Source: Gemmatimonadaceae bacterium
Lineage (GTDB): Bacteria > Gemmatimonadota > Gemmatimonadetes > Gemmatimonadales > Gemmatimonadaceae
Length of the DNA stretch: 64,000 bases
Reading direction: 5' to 3'
Assembly (NCBI GenBank): GCA_051859245.1
Contig: JBHYGA010000001.1
Span: 832,001-896,000, forward strand
The first letter of the stretch is position 1. Every line of letters begins with the position of its first letter. Positions 28,551 through 39,489 of this stretch are shown here, in pieces. The notes below the pieces were generated by a model. That model had not been told where the DNA came from. It was given only the letters and a program-made list of their open reading frames with translations, and searched no databases. The translations under genes and the position numbers were made by a program.

Positions 28551-29909
28551 GTGAGTGCCGAGCCGCAGGATTTCAGCGCTGCACTTGAGCGTGAAGGCAT
28601 GCCGCCGGACGCGATCGCGCGCTACACCACACAGCACGACGCCGCGCACCGCGCCCTCGACGCGGAAGGTGTGCCGCGCGGGCTCCGTCGACGTTGGGTT
28701 GTTCCTGGTCGCATTGAAGTGCTTGGCAAGCACACGGACTATTCCGGTGGTCGTTCCATGTTGTGCACGGTGGAGCGTGGACTGGTGTTGGTGGCCGCGC
28801 CACGCAGCGATCGCACGCTGCATGTGCTGGATGCCGTGCGTCAGGGCCGCGTGCAGATCGACCTCACGACCGCCGCTGGATTGCGCAGCGCGCGCGGTTG
28901 GCCGTTGTATCCAACGACCGTGGCGCGTCGATTAGTTCGCAATTTCGGCGAAGCGGTGGGCGGTGCACACATCGCGATGGCCAGCGGGCTTCCTTCGGCG
29001 GCGGGCATGTCGAGCTCCAGCGCCCTCACCGTTGGTCTCGCCATGGCACTCGCGGAATGTGGCGGCCTCGCGGCGTCCGATGCGTGGAACAGCGCGCTGC
29101 CCACGCGCCTCGAGCTCGCCGGATATCTCGGTGCACTCGAGAATGGTTTGCGATACAAGTCGCTGGACGGCGACACCGGTGTGGGTACCATGGGCGGCGC
29201 GCAGGATCACACCGCGATTCTGTGCAGCGCACGCGAGAAGCTCGGTGTGTTTGCGTGGGCACCACCACGGTTTGAGCGATGGGTGGATTGGAATCACGCG
29301 CATGTGTTTGCCATCGCGGTGAGTGGCGTGGTCGCCTCAAAGGCGGGCGCCGTGCGCGGACAATACAATCGTACGGCGCGTACCGTCGCTCACCTGTTGC
29401 GTACCTGGAATCTGCGCACGCATCGGCGTGACGCCACACTCGGTGAAGCCATGCGCAGCAGCGAGCAGGCCTACGATCGGCTGCATGAACTTGTCGGCCC
29501 TGATGCGACTGCAGAGTTTAGCGCCGATCATCTGCGTTCACGGCTCACCCAGTTTCGCGAAGAGACGGATGATTATGTGCCGCAAGCCGCAGCTGCATTG
29601 GCGTCTGGTGATCTCAACGCCTTCGGACAGTGTGTCATGCGTTCACAAGCCGCGGCTGAGCGAGCGCTGGAAAATCAGGTGCCGGAAACGCGGATGCTCG
29701 CGCGCTCAGCGGTGGAGCAGGGTGCGATTGCCTCGTCTGCATTCGGCGCGGGATTTGGTGGCAGCGTTTGGGCCATGATTCCGGCTGTTGATGCCGACGC
29801 GTTTATCGCACGGTGGCGCGCGGAATACAATGCGGCGTCTCCGGCGATCGCGGCGCGGGCGTCGTGGTTCACCACGCGCCCTGCTGCGCCCGCCATGGAG
29901 ATTGTATAA
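28551..29909 (+). CDS. Galactokinase-like GHMP sugar kinase
   Basis: PGRIEVLGKHTDY, PSAAGMSSSSAL, FGAGFGGS. Confidence 0.88.
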   Translation: MSAEPQDFSAALEREGMPPDAIARYTTQHDAAHRALDAEGVPRGLRRRWVVPGRIEVLGKHTDYSGGRSMLCTVERGLVLVAAPRSDRTLHVLDAVRQGRVQIDLTTAAGLRSARGWPLYPTTVARRLVRNFGEAVGGAHIAMASGLPSAAGMSSSSALTVGLAMALAECGGLAASDAWNSALPTRLELAGYLGALENGLRYKSLDGDTGVGTMGGAQDHTAILCSAREKLGVFAWAPPRFERWVDWNHAHVFAIAVSGVVASKAGAVRGQYNRTARTVAHLLRTWNLRTHRRDATLGEAMRSSEQAYDRLHELVGPDATAEFSADHLRSRLTQFREETDDYVPQAAAALASGDLNAFGQCVMRSQAAAERALENQVPETRMLARSAVEQGAIASSAFGAGFGGSVWAMIPAVDADAFIARWRAEYNAASPAIAARASWFTTRPAAPAMEIV

Positions 29910-29913
29910 CGCG

Positions 29914-31155
29914 TTAGGCGGAAAGTGCGAGCACGATCGAAAGTGCTCGGCTCAGTCCGCGTGCGCCGCGCTGATTCTCGTACCACTCGTCGGGTGTGTG
30001 CGCACCGCCACCTCGGCCACCGGCGCCGATGGTCACGGCGGGAATACCGCGTGAGAGCGGAATATTCGCATCGGTGCTCGCGATCGCTCCGAGTGGCTCA
30101 CTTCCACTGGAACGTGTTGCCGCCATGGCCAGCGCGACCACCGGATGATCGGCGTCAAGATGTCCAGCGGGACGTTCACCCAGCAACTCAATGTCCGCAG
30201 TTAACGGATCACACCCGGCCAGATGATTCTCTTCGACGAGTGCCTGTCGCACGAGCGCGCGGAGTTGTCGATCCGCGTTGCTGAGCGATGACGCATCGGC
30301 CGCACGCACATCGACCTCCATCCACGCGTGCGCGGCGATGGACGTGAGTGACTCACCGCCGCCAATGCGTCCGACGGAGACTGCAACCTGCCCCCGATAC
30401 TCTCTTGGAAGTTTGGATAACCAGTGCGCCACGTGACCGGCGGCGTGCACCGCGTTTGGGCGACCAAAGTCAGCCCACGAATGACCGCCCGCACCGCTGA
30501 ACGTGATACGGAACCGTTTGGAACCGAGCGCGTGATGCACCACACGTTCGTCGCCCGGTCCGTCGAGTGCGAGCACCGCGTGCGGTATCACGCCGTTCTG
30601 CGCGAGGTCGTCAAAATACCGGCGCGCGCCACGGAGATTGCCGAGTCCTTCTTCTCCTACTGACGCCACAAACTCAATGGGCCGGGAGAGCTCGATCGCA
30701 TCACCATCGAGCCCCGGAACACCAAGCACGTCGGCCAGTGCCAGCATGCCGGCCAATCCACGTGCGTTGTCGCCGATCCCCGGGCAGATAATGCGCGTGC
30801 CCTCATGCCGCGGAATGAGCGACGTGTCGGCGGCGAATACCGTATCCATGTGTGCCATGCACACCACCGGTGCCGCGTTGGGTGATTGACATGGTCGACG
30901 CGCGATCACGTTGCCAACGTCGTCGGTATGCACCGAGGTGAACCCACGCAGGCGAAACGCGTCGAGTACCAGAGCGGCACGACGCGCTTCGCCACCGGTA
31001 GGAGCGGCCAGCTGCGCAAAGCGGAGCTGCGTGTGCACGGTCGCCGCGTCCCGCGCGCGGAGTGCGTTGGCGAGCGGGACAAGTATCGGTTCCAGCTGCT
31101 TCAGCTGGCGATCCGCTTTGGCCGCGACCGATGGGATTGAGCGAAGGAACGGCAT
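29914..31155 (-). CDS. M20/M25/M40 family metallo-hydrolase
   Basis: AHMDTVF, PGIGDN, VGEEGLG, GGHSW, STDAN, AHTPDEW. Confidence 0.88.
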   Translation of the reverse strand: MPFLRSIPSVAAKADRQLKQLEPILVPLANALRARDAATVHTQLRFAQLAAPTGGEARRAALVLDAFRLRGFTSVHTDDVGNVIARRPCQSPNAAPVVCMAHMDTVFAADTSLIPRHEGTRIICPGIGDNARGLAGMLALADVLGVPGLDGDAIELSRPIEFVASVGEEGLGNLRGARRYFDDLAQNGVIPHAVLALDGPGDERVVHHALGSKRFRITFSGAGGHSWADFGRPNAVHAAGHVAHWLSKLPREYRGQVAVSVGRIGGGESLTSIAAHAWMEVDVRAADASSLSNADRQLRALVRQALVEENHLAGCDPLTADIELLGERPAGHLDADHPVVALAMAATRSSGSEPLGAIASTDANIPLSRGIPAVTIGAGGRGGGAHTPDEWYENQRGARGLSRALSIVLALSA

Positions 31156-31225
31156 GGTGACACGCTGTGCCCGAACACGCCCGGACGCAAGTTGGGACAA
31201 GCCGCTGGACGAACGGCTTCCAGTG

Positions 31226-31241
31226 TGGCACTCTCCCTGCG
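31226..31241 (+). promoter_or_regulatory. Candidate sigma-54 promoter upstream of the hybrid kinase
   Basis: TGGCAC-TCTCC-CTGCG, GG-N10-GC spacing. Confidence 0.4.
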
Positions 31242-31306
31242 TGCGGCCGCGCTCGCCTCGATCCGTCCGGACCCGAGGCAGTGCCGTGGTGCGCCAGACC
31301 CAACTT

Positions 31307-33523
31307 ATGTCGAGTCTTCGCGTTCGATTGCTGCTGCTCGTAGCCGTGGTGCTGGTTCCGTCGTTTGTGCTGCTCGTGGTGTTTCTGTCGCGCGAGCGCC
31401 AGACGCGCGTCGAGGCCGCGCAGGCGACCGCCGTGCAGCTCGTGGATATTGCCGTTCGACAGCACCAAGAAGCGATTGAAGACGGTCAGCGCATCCTGAC
31501 CGGAATCAGTCTGCTGCCGCAGATTCGCACGGGTGACAGCGAAGCGTGTCAGCGCACGCTGCTTTCCATCGGACGTATGGTGGAGGAGGGCTGGTCCATT
31601 ACACGCACTCGTGCAGATGGCGTGCAGGACTGCGCTACGCGCGACGTGGGGAACCTTCCGAGAGACGTCGCCGACAGTCCTCGATATTTGCAGCTGCGCG
31701 AGCTGCAGGCACCGACGATTGGTGGATTTATGCGGGCCACCGGCACCAACGAGCTGTTGTTGCCCGTGAATGTGCCCATGATCTCCGAGACCGGCGCGTT
31801 TGACGGGGCTCTGTCTGCAGGTCTGCGCGTGCGCTGGTTTGACAAGCTTGTCACCACCATGTCGGAGACGCCAGGTGCGGTGCTCTCGATCACGGATGCA
31901 ACGGGCGAGATGTTTTTTCGTGCGCCCGCGGCGCCGCCGAATGCAAACACGGAAAGCATGGTCGGCATCGCCGCCACGATGCGAGCGCAGGGCAAAGGTG
32001 TGCTTGAGCAGGAAGGAATTGACGGAGTGCGACGTGTCTGGGCGTTTGACCGTCTGCCGAGCACCGATACGCTGCCAACATTTCTTGCGGTGGGCATTCC
32101 GGAGGCAGTGATTTACGGGGGCATCAACGCGGCCATGCGGAACGCGTTGCTCGGACTGCTCGCATGGCTGCTGGTGGTTGCCGCACTGGCCTGGTGGGCC
32201 ACCGATTCGTTTGTGCTGCGCGATGTGCGCGCGCTGCTCGGTCTCACCGAACGTCTTGGTGCTGGCGAACTCGGCGCGCGCAGTGCCGTGGCGGCACGGA
32301 CGGAGGAGCTGGGTCGGCTCGCGACCAGCTTCAATCAAATGGCGCAGCGTCTCGAAGACCGTCAGTCACGCGATGTGCAAGCGCAGAAACTGGAAAGCAT
32401 TGGGCAGCTGGCCGGCGGTGTGGCGCATGACTTCAACAACCTGCTCACGGCCATCATTGGCAACACGGAGCTGGCGCGCGACACGCTGGAGCCACGACAT
32501 CCGGCTCGACAGGAGCTCGATGCTGCGCTCGATGCCGCCGATCGCTCGGCGGCGCTGACCCGACAGCTGTTGGCGTTTGCGCGCCGCACCGAAATTTCGC
32601 CGCGTGTGGTGCGCGTTGACGGCATGTTGCACGACATTACGGCGCTGCTCAAACGACTCATTGGTGAGCACATTACACTCACCGTCGAGGCGGATTCGAA
32701 TTTGCGCCTGGCCAGACTCGACACGGCGTCACTTGAGCAGGCGCTGGTGAATCTGGTTGTCAACGCCCGCGACGCGATGCCTACCGGCGGACAGATTGTC
32801 TTGACCGCGCGCAATGTGATTGTCCGCGCCGATGATATTGATCATGCCAACGGCGTACCGGCTGGCCAGTGGATTGTGATCACGGTGCGCGATACCGGCT
32901 CAGGGATGAGCGCAGACGTGCTGAATCGTGCGTTCGAACCATTCTTCACGACGAAGCCGGTGGGCAAGGGAACCGGACTCGGCCTGGCCATGGTGTACGG
33001 CACGCTCGCGCAGCACTCGGGACACATCTGGGTGGAAAGTGCGCCCGGACATGGCACGGCGGTCCGGTTGTTTCTGCCGCCTGAACCAGAAGGCAGTCGT
33101 GTTGACGTGCAGGACGATGATTCGCCCGCGCCTGTGCTCGCGCCTGGTCGCACCGTGCTGCTGGTGGAAGACGAGCAAGCGGTGCGCGCCGTGGTTGCAC
33201 GTGTGCTCACAGGGCACGGATTCACGGTGCTCGCATCGAGCAACGGTGCGGATGCCATTGAACGATGTGACGACGACACGCTCTCCAACCTCGCCCTCGT
33301 TGTTACCGACGTGGTGATGCCGCGCATGGGAGGTCCCGAGCTGGTGGTCGCGCTGCGCGAGCGTCGAAGAGACCTTCCCGTGTTGTTTGTCTCGGGATAT
33401 CGCGAAACGAACGCGCTCGACGATCTGCTGGAAACACCGCGCACCGGTTTCCTCGCGAAGCCCTTTACCCCGACGTCGCTGCTGCACGCCGTGCAGCAGC
33501 AACTCGAGGCAGCCGTACCGTAG
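31307..33523 (+). CDS. Hybrid sensor histidine kinase (periplasmic Cache-like, HAMP, HisKA, HATPase, receiver)
   Basis: GVAHDFNNLL, NLVVNARDAM, FEPFFTTK..GTGLGL, LLVEDE..TDVVMP..KPF. Confidence 0.93.
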   Translation: MSSLRVRLLLLVAVVLVPSFVLLVVFLSRERQTRVEAAQATAVQLVDIAVRQHQEAIEDGQRILTGISLLPQIRTGDSEACQRTLLSIGRMVEEGWSITRTRADGVQDCATRDVGNLPRDVADSPRYLQLRELQAPTIGGFMRATGTNELLLPVNVPMISETGAFDGALSAGLRVRWFDKLVTTMSETPGAVLSITDATGEMFFRAPAAPPNANTESMVGIAATMRAQGKGVLEQEGIDGVRRVWAFDRLPSTDTLPTFLAVGIPEAVIYGGINAAMRNALLGLLAWLLVVAALAWWATDSFVLRDVRALLGLTERLGAGELGARSAVAARTEELGRLATSFNQMAQRLEDRQSRDVQAQKLESIGQLAGGVAHDFNNLLTAIIGNTELARDTLEPRHPARQELDAALDAADRSAALTRQLLAFARRTEISPRVVRVDGMLHDITALLKRLIGEHITLTVEADSNLRLARLDTASLEQALVNLVVNARDAMPTGGQIVLTARNVIVRADDIDHANGVPAGQWIVITVRDTGSGMSADVLNRAFEPFFTTKPVGKGTGLGLAMVYGTLAQHSGHIWVESAPGHGTAVRLFLPPEPEGSRVDVQDDDSPAPVLAPGRTVLLVEDEQAVRAVVARVLTGHGFTVLASSNGADAIERCDDDTLSNLALVVTDVVMPRMGGPELVVALRERRRDLPVLFVSGYRETNALDDLLETPRTGFLAKPFTPTSLLHAVQQQLEAAVP

Positions 33524-33534
33524 TCAGCGTCGCG

Positions 33535-35901
33535 TTATCTGGCCTTGCTGCCAGACGCACCAATCGTGCGTTCAAACAGTTCGAAGATGCGGCGATATTC
33601 GTCCGTCCACGAATCAGGTCGCACGAATCCGTGGTCTTCCACGGGATAGACCGCCATCTCCCATTCTGTTTTGCCGAGTTCGATCAATCGCTGCGCGAGG
33701 CGCACCACGTCCTGAAAATGCACGTTGGTATCCACCATGCCATGCGCAATCAGGAGTGGATCTTCGAGGCCTTCGGCAAAGAAGATCGGTGACGAACGAC
33801 GATACGCGAGCGTATCCGTTTGCGGCAGGTTGAGAATGCGTCCTGTGTAGCCGTGGTTGTAGTGCGCCCAATCCGTGACCGAGCGCAGCGCGGCACCGGC
33901 GCCGAATTCTTTGGGCGCGTTGAACAGGGCCATCAACGTGATGAACCCGCCGTAGCTGCCGCCGTAAATGCCGATACGTTCTGGATTGATGCCGCGCTCC
34001 TTCTGCAACCAGCGCGAGCCGTCAACATGATCCTGCAGATCGCGTCCGCCCATGTGCCGGTAGATCGCCGTGCGCCAGTCGCGACCGTAACCCGCCGACG
34101 CGCGGTAGTCGATATCGAGCACGACGTAGCCTTTACTCGCCAGCAGATGATGGAACATGTATTCACGCGAATACGTGGACCAGTATTCGTGCACGTTGTG
34201 CAGATAGCCTGCGCCGTGCACAAAGATCACCGCCGCGCCATTCGGTTGAGCGCCCGTTTGCTCCGGTGTGTAGATGCGCGCCGGTACCGCAACCCCATCG
34301 CTGGCCGGAATGCGCACAATCTGCGGGGCAATCCACTGTGACGCGCGGAACGCGGCACTTGTGGATGTGGTGAGTTGCGCGCGATTCGTTCCGTCGAATG
34401 CCTGCACAAACAATTCTGGCGGCGTATTCGATGACGAGTACACGTTCGCAGCGCGTCGTCCGTCCGGACTCACCACCACAGTGTGACCGCCCTTCTCACG
34501 TGTGAGCTTCTCGCGCGCGCCACCACCCACCGGCATGCGCCAGAAATCGCGCACGAACGGTGACGTTTCACTTGTGTGCAGCCAGAACCATGCGCGGTCT
34601 GGTGAAAGTTCTGCCTGCAAGACTTCCCAGTTGCCACTCGTGAGCGCTGACCGTGCGCTTCCGTCGGGTTGCGCGGCATACAGATGCGCGTACCCACTGG
34701 CTTCACTCACAAACCACGCCCGGCCATCGGGTAGCCAGCCGGCGCAGTTGAAGCACGGGCCGTTGACCCACGCACTGTCGCGCAGGGCGTCTGTCACCAT
34801 GGATGCACCGCTCGCAGCCGGGACTGACACGATGTAGCGCGACTTGAAGTCTGACGTCGTCGAAAAAAGCAGCGCCATTTCACCGTCGGCACGCCACTCC
34901 ACGACCTGCACACTCGCGGCGCGTTCTGTGGTGTCTGACCCGATCACTGCGAGCGCGCTCAGCGCACCCGTTTGCAAATCCATGCGCCACGCACGCATGC
35001 GACTTTGCACATCGCCAACCTTGGAGCGCGAGGGAATGTCTTCGGTAAAGCCGCTGGCCGTGACGTAGTTGGGAACGTCGGTAGCGCGTGCACCCGTGCC
35101 GGCGGCAATCGTGGTCACCACTGCGTGGCGCATGTTCGGCGACACACTCACCGTGGCCACGCGTTCTCCGGCCGGTGCGTACAGTGGCTGCAAACGCCGC
35201 GCCGCCGCGGCCTCGCGTGCGGCTCGCGCAACCGAGTCATTACGTGCGCCGTCGCGAATGACCTGCAGCAAGTCGAGCTGATCCTGCAATAGCGCGCCAC
35301 GCTGACCTGTCGCCCGCGCCGAATCACGCGGTGCGGTGCCGGTGCGCACGTCGGTCAACTGACGAACGCTTCCGGTCGCGATCTCCAGCGCGTACGCGTT
35401 GCCGTCGCGCATGAACAACAGGTGCCGCTCGTCCACAGAAAAACGGGGGTCGCTTTCGCTGGCCACCGTTTCCGTGAGCCGGCGCGCCGATCCGCGTCGC
35501 GCGTCGATCAACCATAAGTCGCCATTCGCCGCGACCGCACGCGTTCGGCGATCGCGCGTGAGCGGTCCGGTCGCGAGATACGGCGCCATGGAATCGGCGT
35601 GCGCGTCATCAAGCTTTTCCGGCGAAGCGCCCGCCGCGGGTCGAACTCTGAACCATGAGGTGGGCGCGTCCCACTTCGCTTCCGCCTCGGTCCAGCGGAA
35701 ATAGATCCACTGACCGTCGGCCGTCCATCGCACCTGCGCCGGCTCGCGACCGTAATGCTCCGGTCCACGCATGATGTTTGCGATGGACAAATCAAACGAG
35801 GCCGCGGCTGGCTGCGCTCGCAGTGTAATGGGAGCCACGCACAACGTCAGCATGACACCTGCGCCAACAAGGTGCGAGCACAACGAGGGAAACGATTTCA
35901 T
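33535..35901 (-). CDS. S9 family prolyl oligopeptidase / dipeptidyl peptidase IV-like
   Basis: Signal peptide, beta-propeller region, GGSYGG nucleophile, HGMVDTNV, EDHGF. Confidence 0.92.
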   Translation of the reverse strand: MKSFPSLCSHLVGAGVMLTLCVAPITLRAQPAAASFDLSIANIMRGPEHYGREPAQVRWTADGQWIYFRWTEAEAKWDAPTSWFRVRPAAGASPEKLDDAHADSMAPYLATGPLTRDRRTRAVAANGDLWLIDARRGSARRLTETVASESDPRFSVDERHLLFMRDGNAYALEIATGSVRQLTDVRTGTAPRDSARATGQRGALLQDQLDLLQVIRDGARNDSVARAAREAAAARRLQPLYAPAGERVATVSVSPNMRHAVVTTIAAGTGARATDVPNYVTASGFTEDIPSRSKVGDVQSRMRAWRMDLQTGALSALAVIGSDTTERAASVQVVEWRADGEMALLFSTTSDFKSRYIVSVPAASGASMVTDALRDSAWVNGPCFNCAGWLPDGRAWFVSEASGYAHLYAAQPDGSARSALTSGNWEVLQAELSPDRAWFWLHTSETSPFVRDFWRMPVGGGAREKLTREKGGHTVVVSPDGRRAANVYSSSNTPPELFVQAFDGTNRAQLTTSTSAAFRASQWIAPQIVRIPASDGVAVPARIYTPEQTGAQPNGAAVIFVHGAGYLHNVHEYWSTYSREYMFHHLLASKGYVVLDIDYRASAGYGRDWRTAIYRHMGGRDLQDHVDGSRWLQKERGINPERIGIYGGSYGGFITLMALFNAPKEFGAGAALRSVTDWAHYNHGYTGRILNLPQTDTLAYRRSSPIFFAEGLEDPLLIAHGMVDTNVHFQDVVRLAQRLIELGKTEWEMAVYPVEDHGFVRPDSWTDEYRRIFELFERTIGASGSKAR

Positions 35902-36151
35902 GGGGCACATCGGAGCGGGACGTCAACGCAGCAGGCGCGGCGACATCGCGAAGACTCGCGAGCAGAACGCGCGGCGGGAATGCGCAACGTAGCCAACCGC
36001 ATCGGGCTCGGCGAGCGATCTATGCCGGGCACGTGACGCTTGTGCAGCCCCATGTGACGCTCCTGTGACTCCCACCACGTCGTCGCGTCTGGTGCTCGTA
36101 CGGACCGTCGTGCTTCGCCGGTCCCCGTTGCCGTGCTCCCACCGTTTCTCC

Positions 36152-37399
36152 GTGTCTGTGCCCGAATCCTCGTCCACCGCGCGTCCTTCTGTTGTTCTGG
36201 CGACACTGGCCGCGATTGCGATCGCGCTGGCCGTGTGCGCCACCGCCGCGACCGTCATCGTGGCCACGGACGTGACACGTGAGCGCGGCGCGAATACGGC
36301 AACGCCGCAACTGTCCTTGGCGCAGGCCCGCGCGTCGCTCGAGGCCATGCTCAGCCTGCGCGGCGTCGTGGACTCAATGACCGCCCGGATGGGCGACCTC
36401 CCGCCAACGGATAGCGCGACGATTGCCTTGGCAACGCGCCTCTGGGACACCTCCACCACTCGCCACCCGGCCTGGATTGCCGTGCCCGCCGGCGCTACGC
36501 CGTCCTCGAGCCCCAGTGGTGAACTGACAGTGCTGATCGAGCAGGTGCGCAAGCTGCGCGCCGACTCCGCACAAAACGCCGTAGACCTTGCCAGCGTCGC
36601 GCGTGACACACTTTCGCCCTGGATGGCGGTCTGGCGTAAGCTGGCGCACAGCGCCCCGCTGGCGGCCATGTGGGGCTATCAGAAAGGTCTGCCTGGCGTG
36701 AGCACCGCGGCCGATTTGCCAATTCGGAACTACGCGGCGCTGCGTCAGCTCTATTTGCTGAACGAACTGAGCGGCTGGATCGCGCTGCGTCGTGGCGAGC
36801 CCGGTGTGGCGCTCTTGCGCGCACTCGAAAACCTGTCCGCTAGTCGCCACTTCCTCGACGCTCCTGTGCTCGTCGACGTGCTCGCCGGACGCACCATTGC
36901 GGCAGCAGCGGGCCGACTTGCGGGCGACGCGGCCCGGGCGCTCGGTGACCGGTCGATGGTCACCATGGCCACGCAACTTGATCAACTCGCGCAACCTGGC
37001 GCCTCCGGCTTCATGGCCCTGCAGCAAGCTGCCGAGCGAGATGCCGCCGATCCGAACGCGCCGCTGGCCTTCGAACTCTTCGACGACGAGAAGCTCCCGT
37101 TCGCCGTGCGCGTCGAGATTCTCTATGCGGTCGTCTCGGGCGCCTGCAACCACACGCGCGAAGTGCTCTTTGGTTTTTCGCCTGAGCGCGAAGCTCGCCT
37201 GCGTGCGCTCGCCACACGGTACCAAAGCCACCCAACGCTCGGCCCCATTCTTGGACTGATGCCCGGAACAGCGCGCCTGGTCCGCGAGAACCCAATGTCG
37301 ATGCTCCGGAGCACCGATTTCCCGACTGCAGGCACCTTCGATTTCCTGCTGCCTGAGGGCGTCGCCGCGCGCGCCGTGGTCTGTCAGCGCGGGATTTGA
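36152..37399 (+). CDS. Hypothetical protein with N-terminal membrane anchor
   Basis: Long open frame filling the gap between S9 and icd; hydrophobic VVLATLAAIAIALAVCATAATVIV; start uncertain (36065-36152). Confidence 0.6.
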   Translation: MSVPESSSTARPSVVLATLAAIAIALAVCATAATVIVATDVTRERGANTATPQLSLAQARASLEAMLSLRGVVDSMTARMGDLPPTDSATIALATRLWDTSTTRHPAWIAVPAGATPSSSPSGELTVLIEQVRKLRADSAQNAVDLASVARDTLSPWMAVWRKLAHSAPLAAMWGYQKGLPGVSTAADLPIRNYAALRQLYLLNELSGWIALRRGEPGVALLRALENLSASRHFLDAPVLVDVLAGRTIAAAAGRLAGDAARALGDRSMVTMATQLDQLAQPGASGFMALQQAAERDAADPNAPLAFELFDDEKLPFAVRVEILYAVVSGACNHTREVLFGFSPEREARLRALATRYQSHPTLGPILGLMPGTARLVRENPMSMLRSTDFPTAGTFDFLLPEGVAARAVVCQRGI

Positions 37400-37486
37400 G
37401 CGGAGAGGGGTGCCGAATGGCGGGTGCAGCCGAGACTTTTATCGGCAGGCCGTGACCCCTTCACTCCCACACGCCAGATTGCACGC

Positions 37487-38499
<1,013 letters not shown>

Positions 38500-38503
<4 letters not shown>

Positions 38504-39354
38504 GCGAAGGATCGGGCGCAGGCGTCACGCGCTTATTGCATCTCTCGGATGTGCACTTCGGTCGGCCACACGTGCCCGCGCACGTGTCGGCTGCCGAAGC
38601 CTTCGCAGAGAACGGTGCGTTCGACGCCATTATTGTGTCGGGTGACATGTCGCAACGTGCGCGGCGACGCGAGTTCGAACGTGCGCGTGCACTGCTCGAT
38701 CGACTAGCAGAGTTTGCCCCGATTCTTGTGGTGCCGGGCAATCATGATGCGGCCTGGTGGTTCGCACCGTTGGGCTTTGGTCCAACGCGAATGATTCACT
38801 CCGGGTATCGACGGTGGATCAACGAAAACCTCGAGCCAACGCTGCAAGTACCCGGGGCGACGGTCGTCGGGCTGAACTCGTCGCCTGGCATTCGATTGCA
38901 CACGCTCACCAAACGACCGCGCGACTTGTCGGTGAAGGGCGCACTGACACGAGCGCAGTTGGCTGATGCGCGCGCACGGTTCGCCGCCGCACCTGCCAAT
39001 GACCTGCGCGTTTTGGTCGTGCACCACAATGTCGTCCCGGGCGATCTCTCGCGGCGCTGGGGCCTCACCAAGCACGAAACCATGCTGGACGAAATCGTGG
39101 CCACCGGCGCGGACATTGTGCTGTCGGGGCACGACCATCAGGAGCGAGCGGAGACCGTGGAGCGTCCCAAAGGACGGTTCGTGGCCAGCACCGCCGGCAC
39201 CCTCAGTGATCGCTCGCGAGGCGCTCGGCCAAGCGCGTTCATGACCGTGGTCGCGGACACGGAGCGCATTGTGGTCACTCCGCATGTGTACGACGTGACC
39301 GACAACGTTTTTCATCCCACCTCGCCCCACATCGCACCGCGTCCTTCGCGATAA
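38500..39354 (+). CDS. Calcineurin-like metallophosphoesterase (CpdA/Icc-like)
   Basis: HLSDVHFG, SGD, PGNHD, HHN, LSGHDH. Confidence 0.88.
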
Positions 39355-39416
39355 TCCGCCGGATCTCCGGCGTCGCGAGCAGCCAGGGCAGGCGCTGTCC
39401 AAAACGGGTGAAAAGC

Positions 39417-39462
39417 TTGCATACGCAGTAGGTGTCATGTATCTTAGTACTAAGATACATGA
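39417..39462 (+). promoter_or_regulatory. Promoter with perfect 28-bp palindromic operator (MhqR/MarR-like)
   Basis: TTGCAT-17-TATCTT; TCATGTATCTTAGT|ACTAAGATACATGA at 39435-39462. Confidence 0.75.
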
Positions 39463-39489
39463 ACCGGCGCCAGTCGCCCGGAGGAACAG

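Noticed and set aside
30911..31306. N-terminal extension of the histidine kinase ORF
   Set aside because: It overlaps the divergent M20 gene; ATG 31307 directly precedes the first TM helix.
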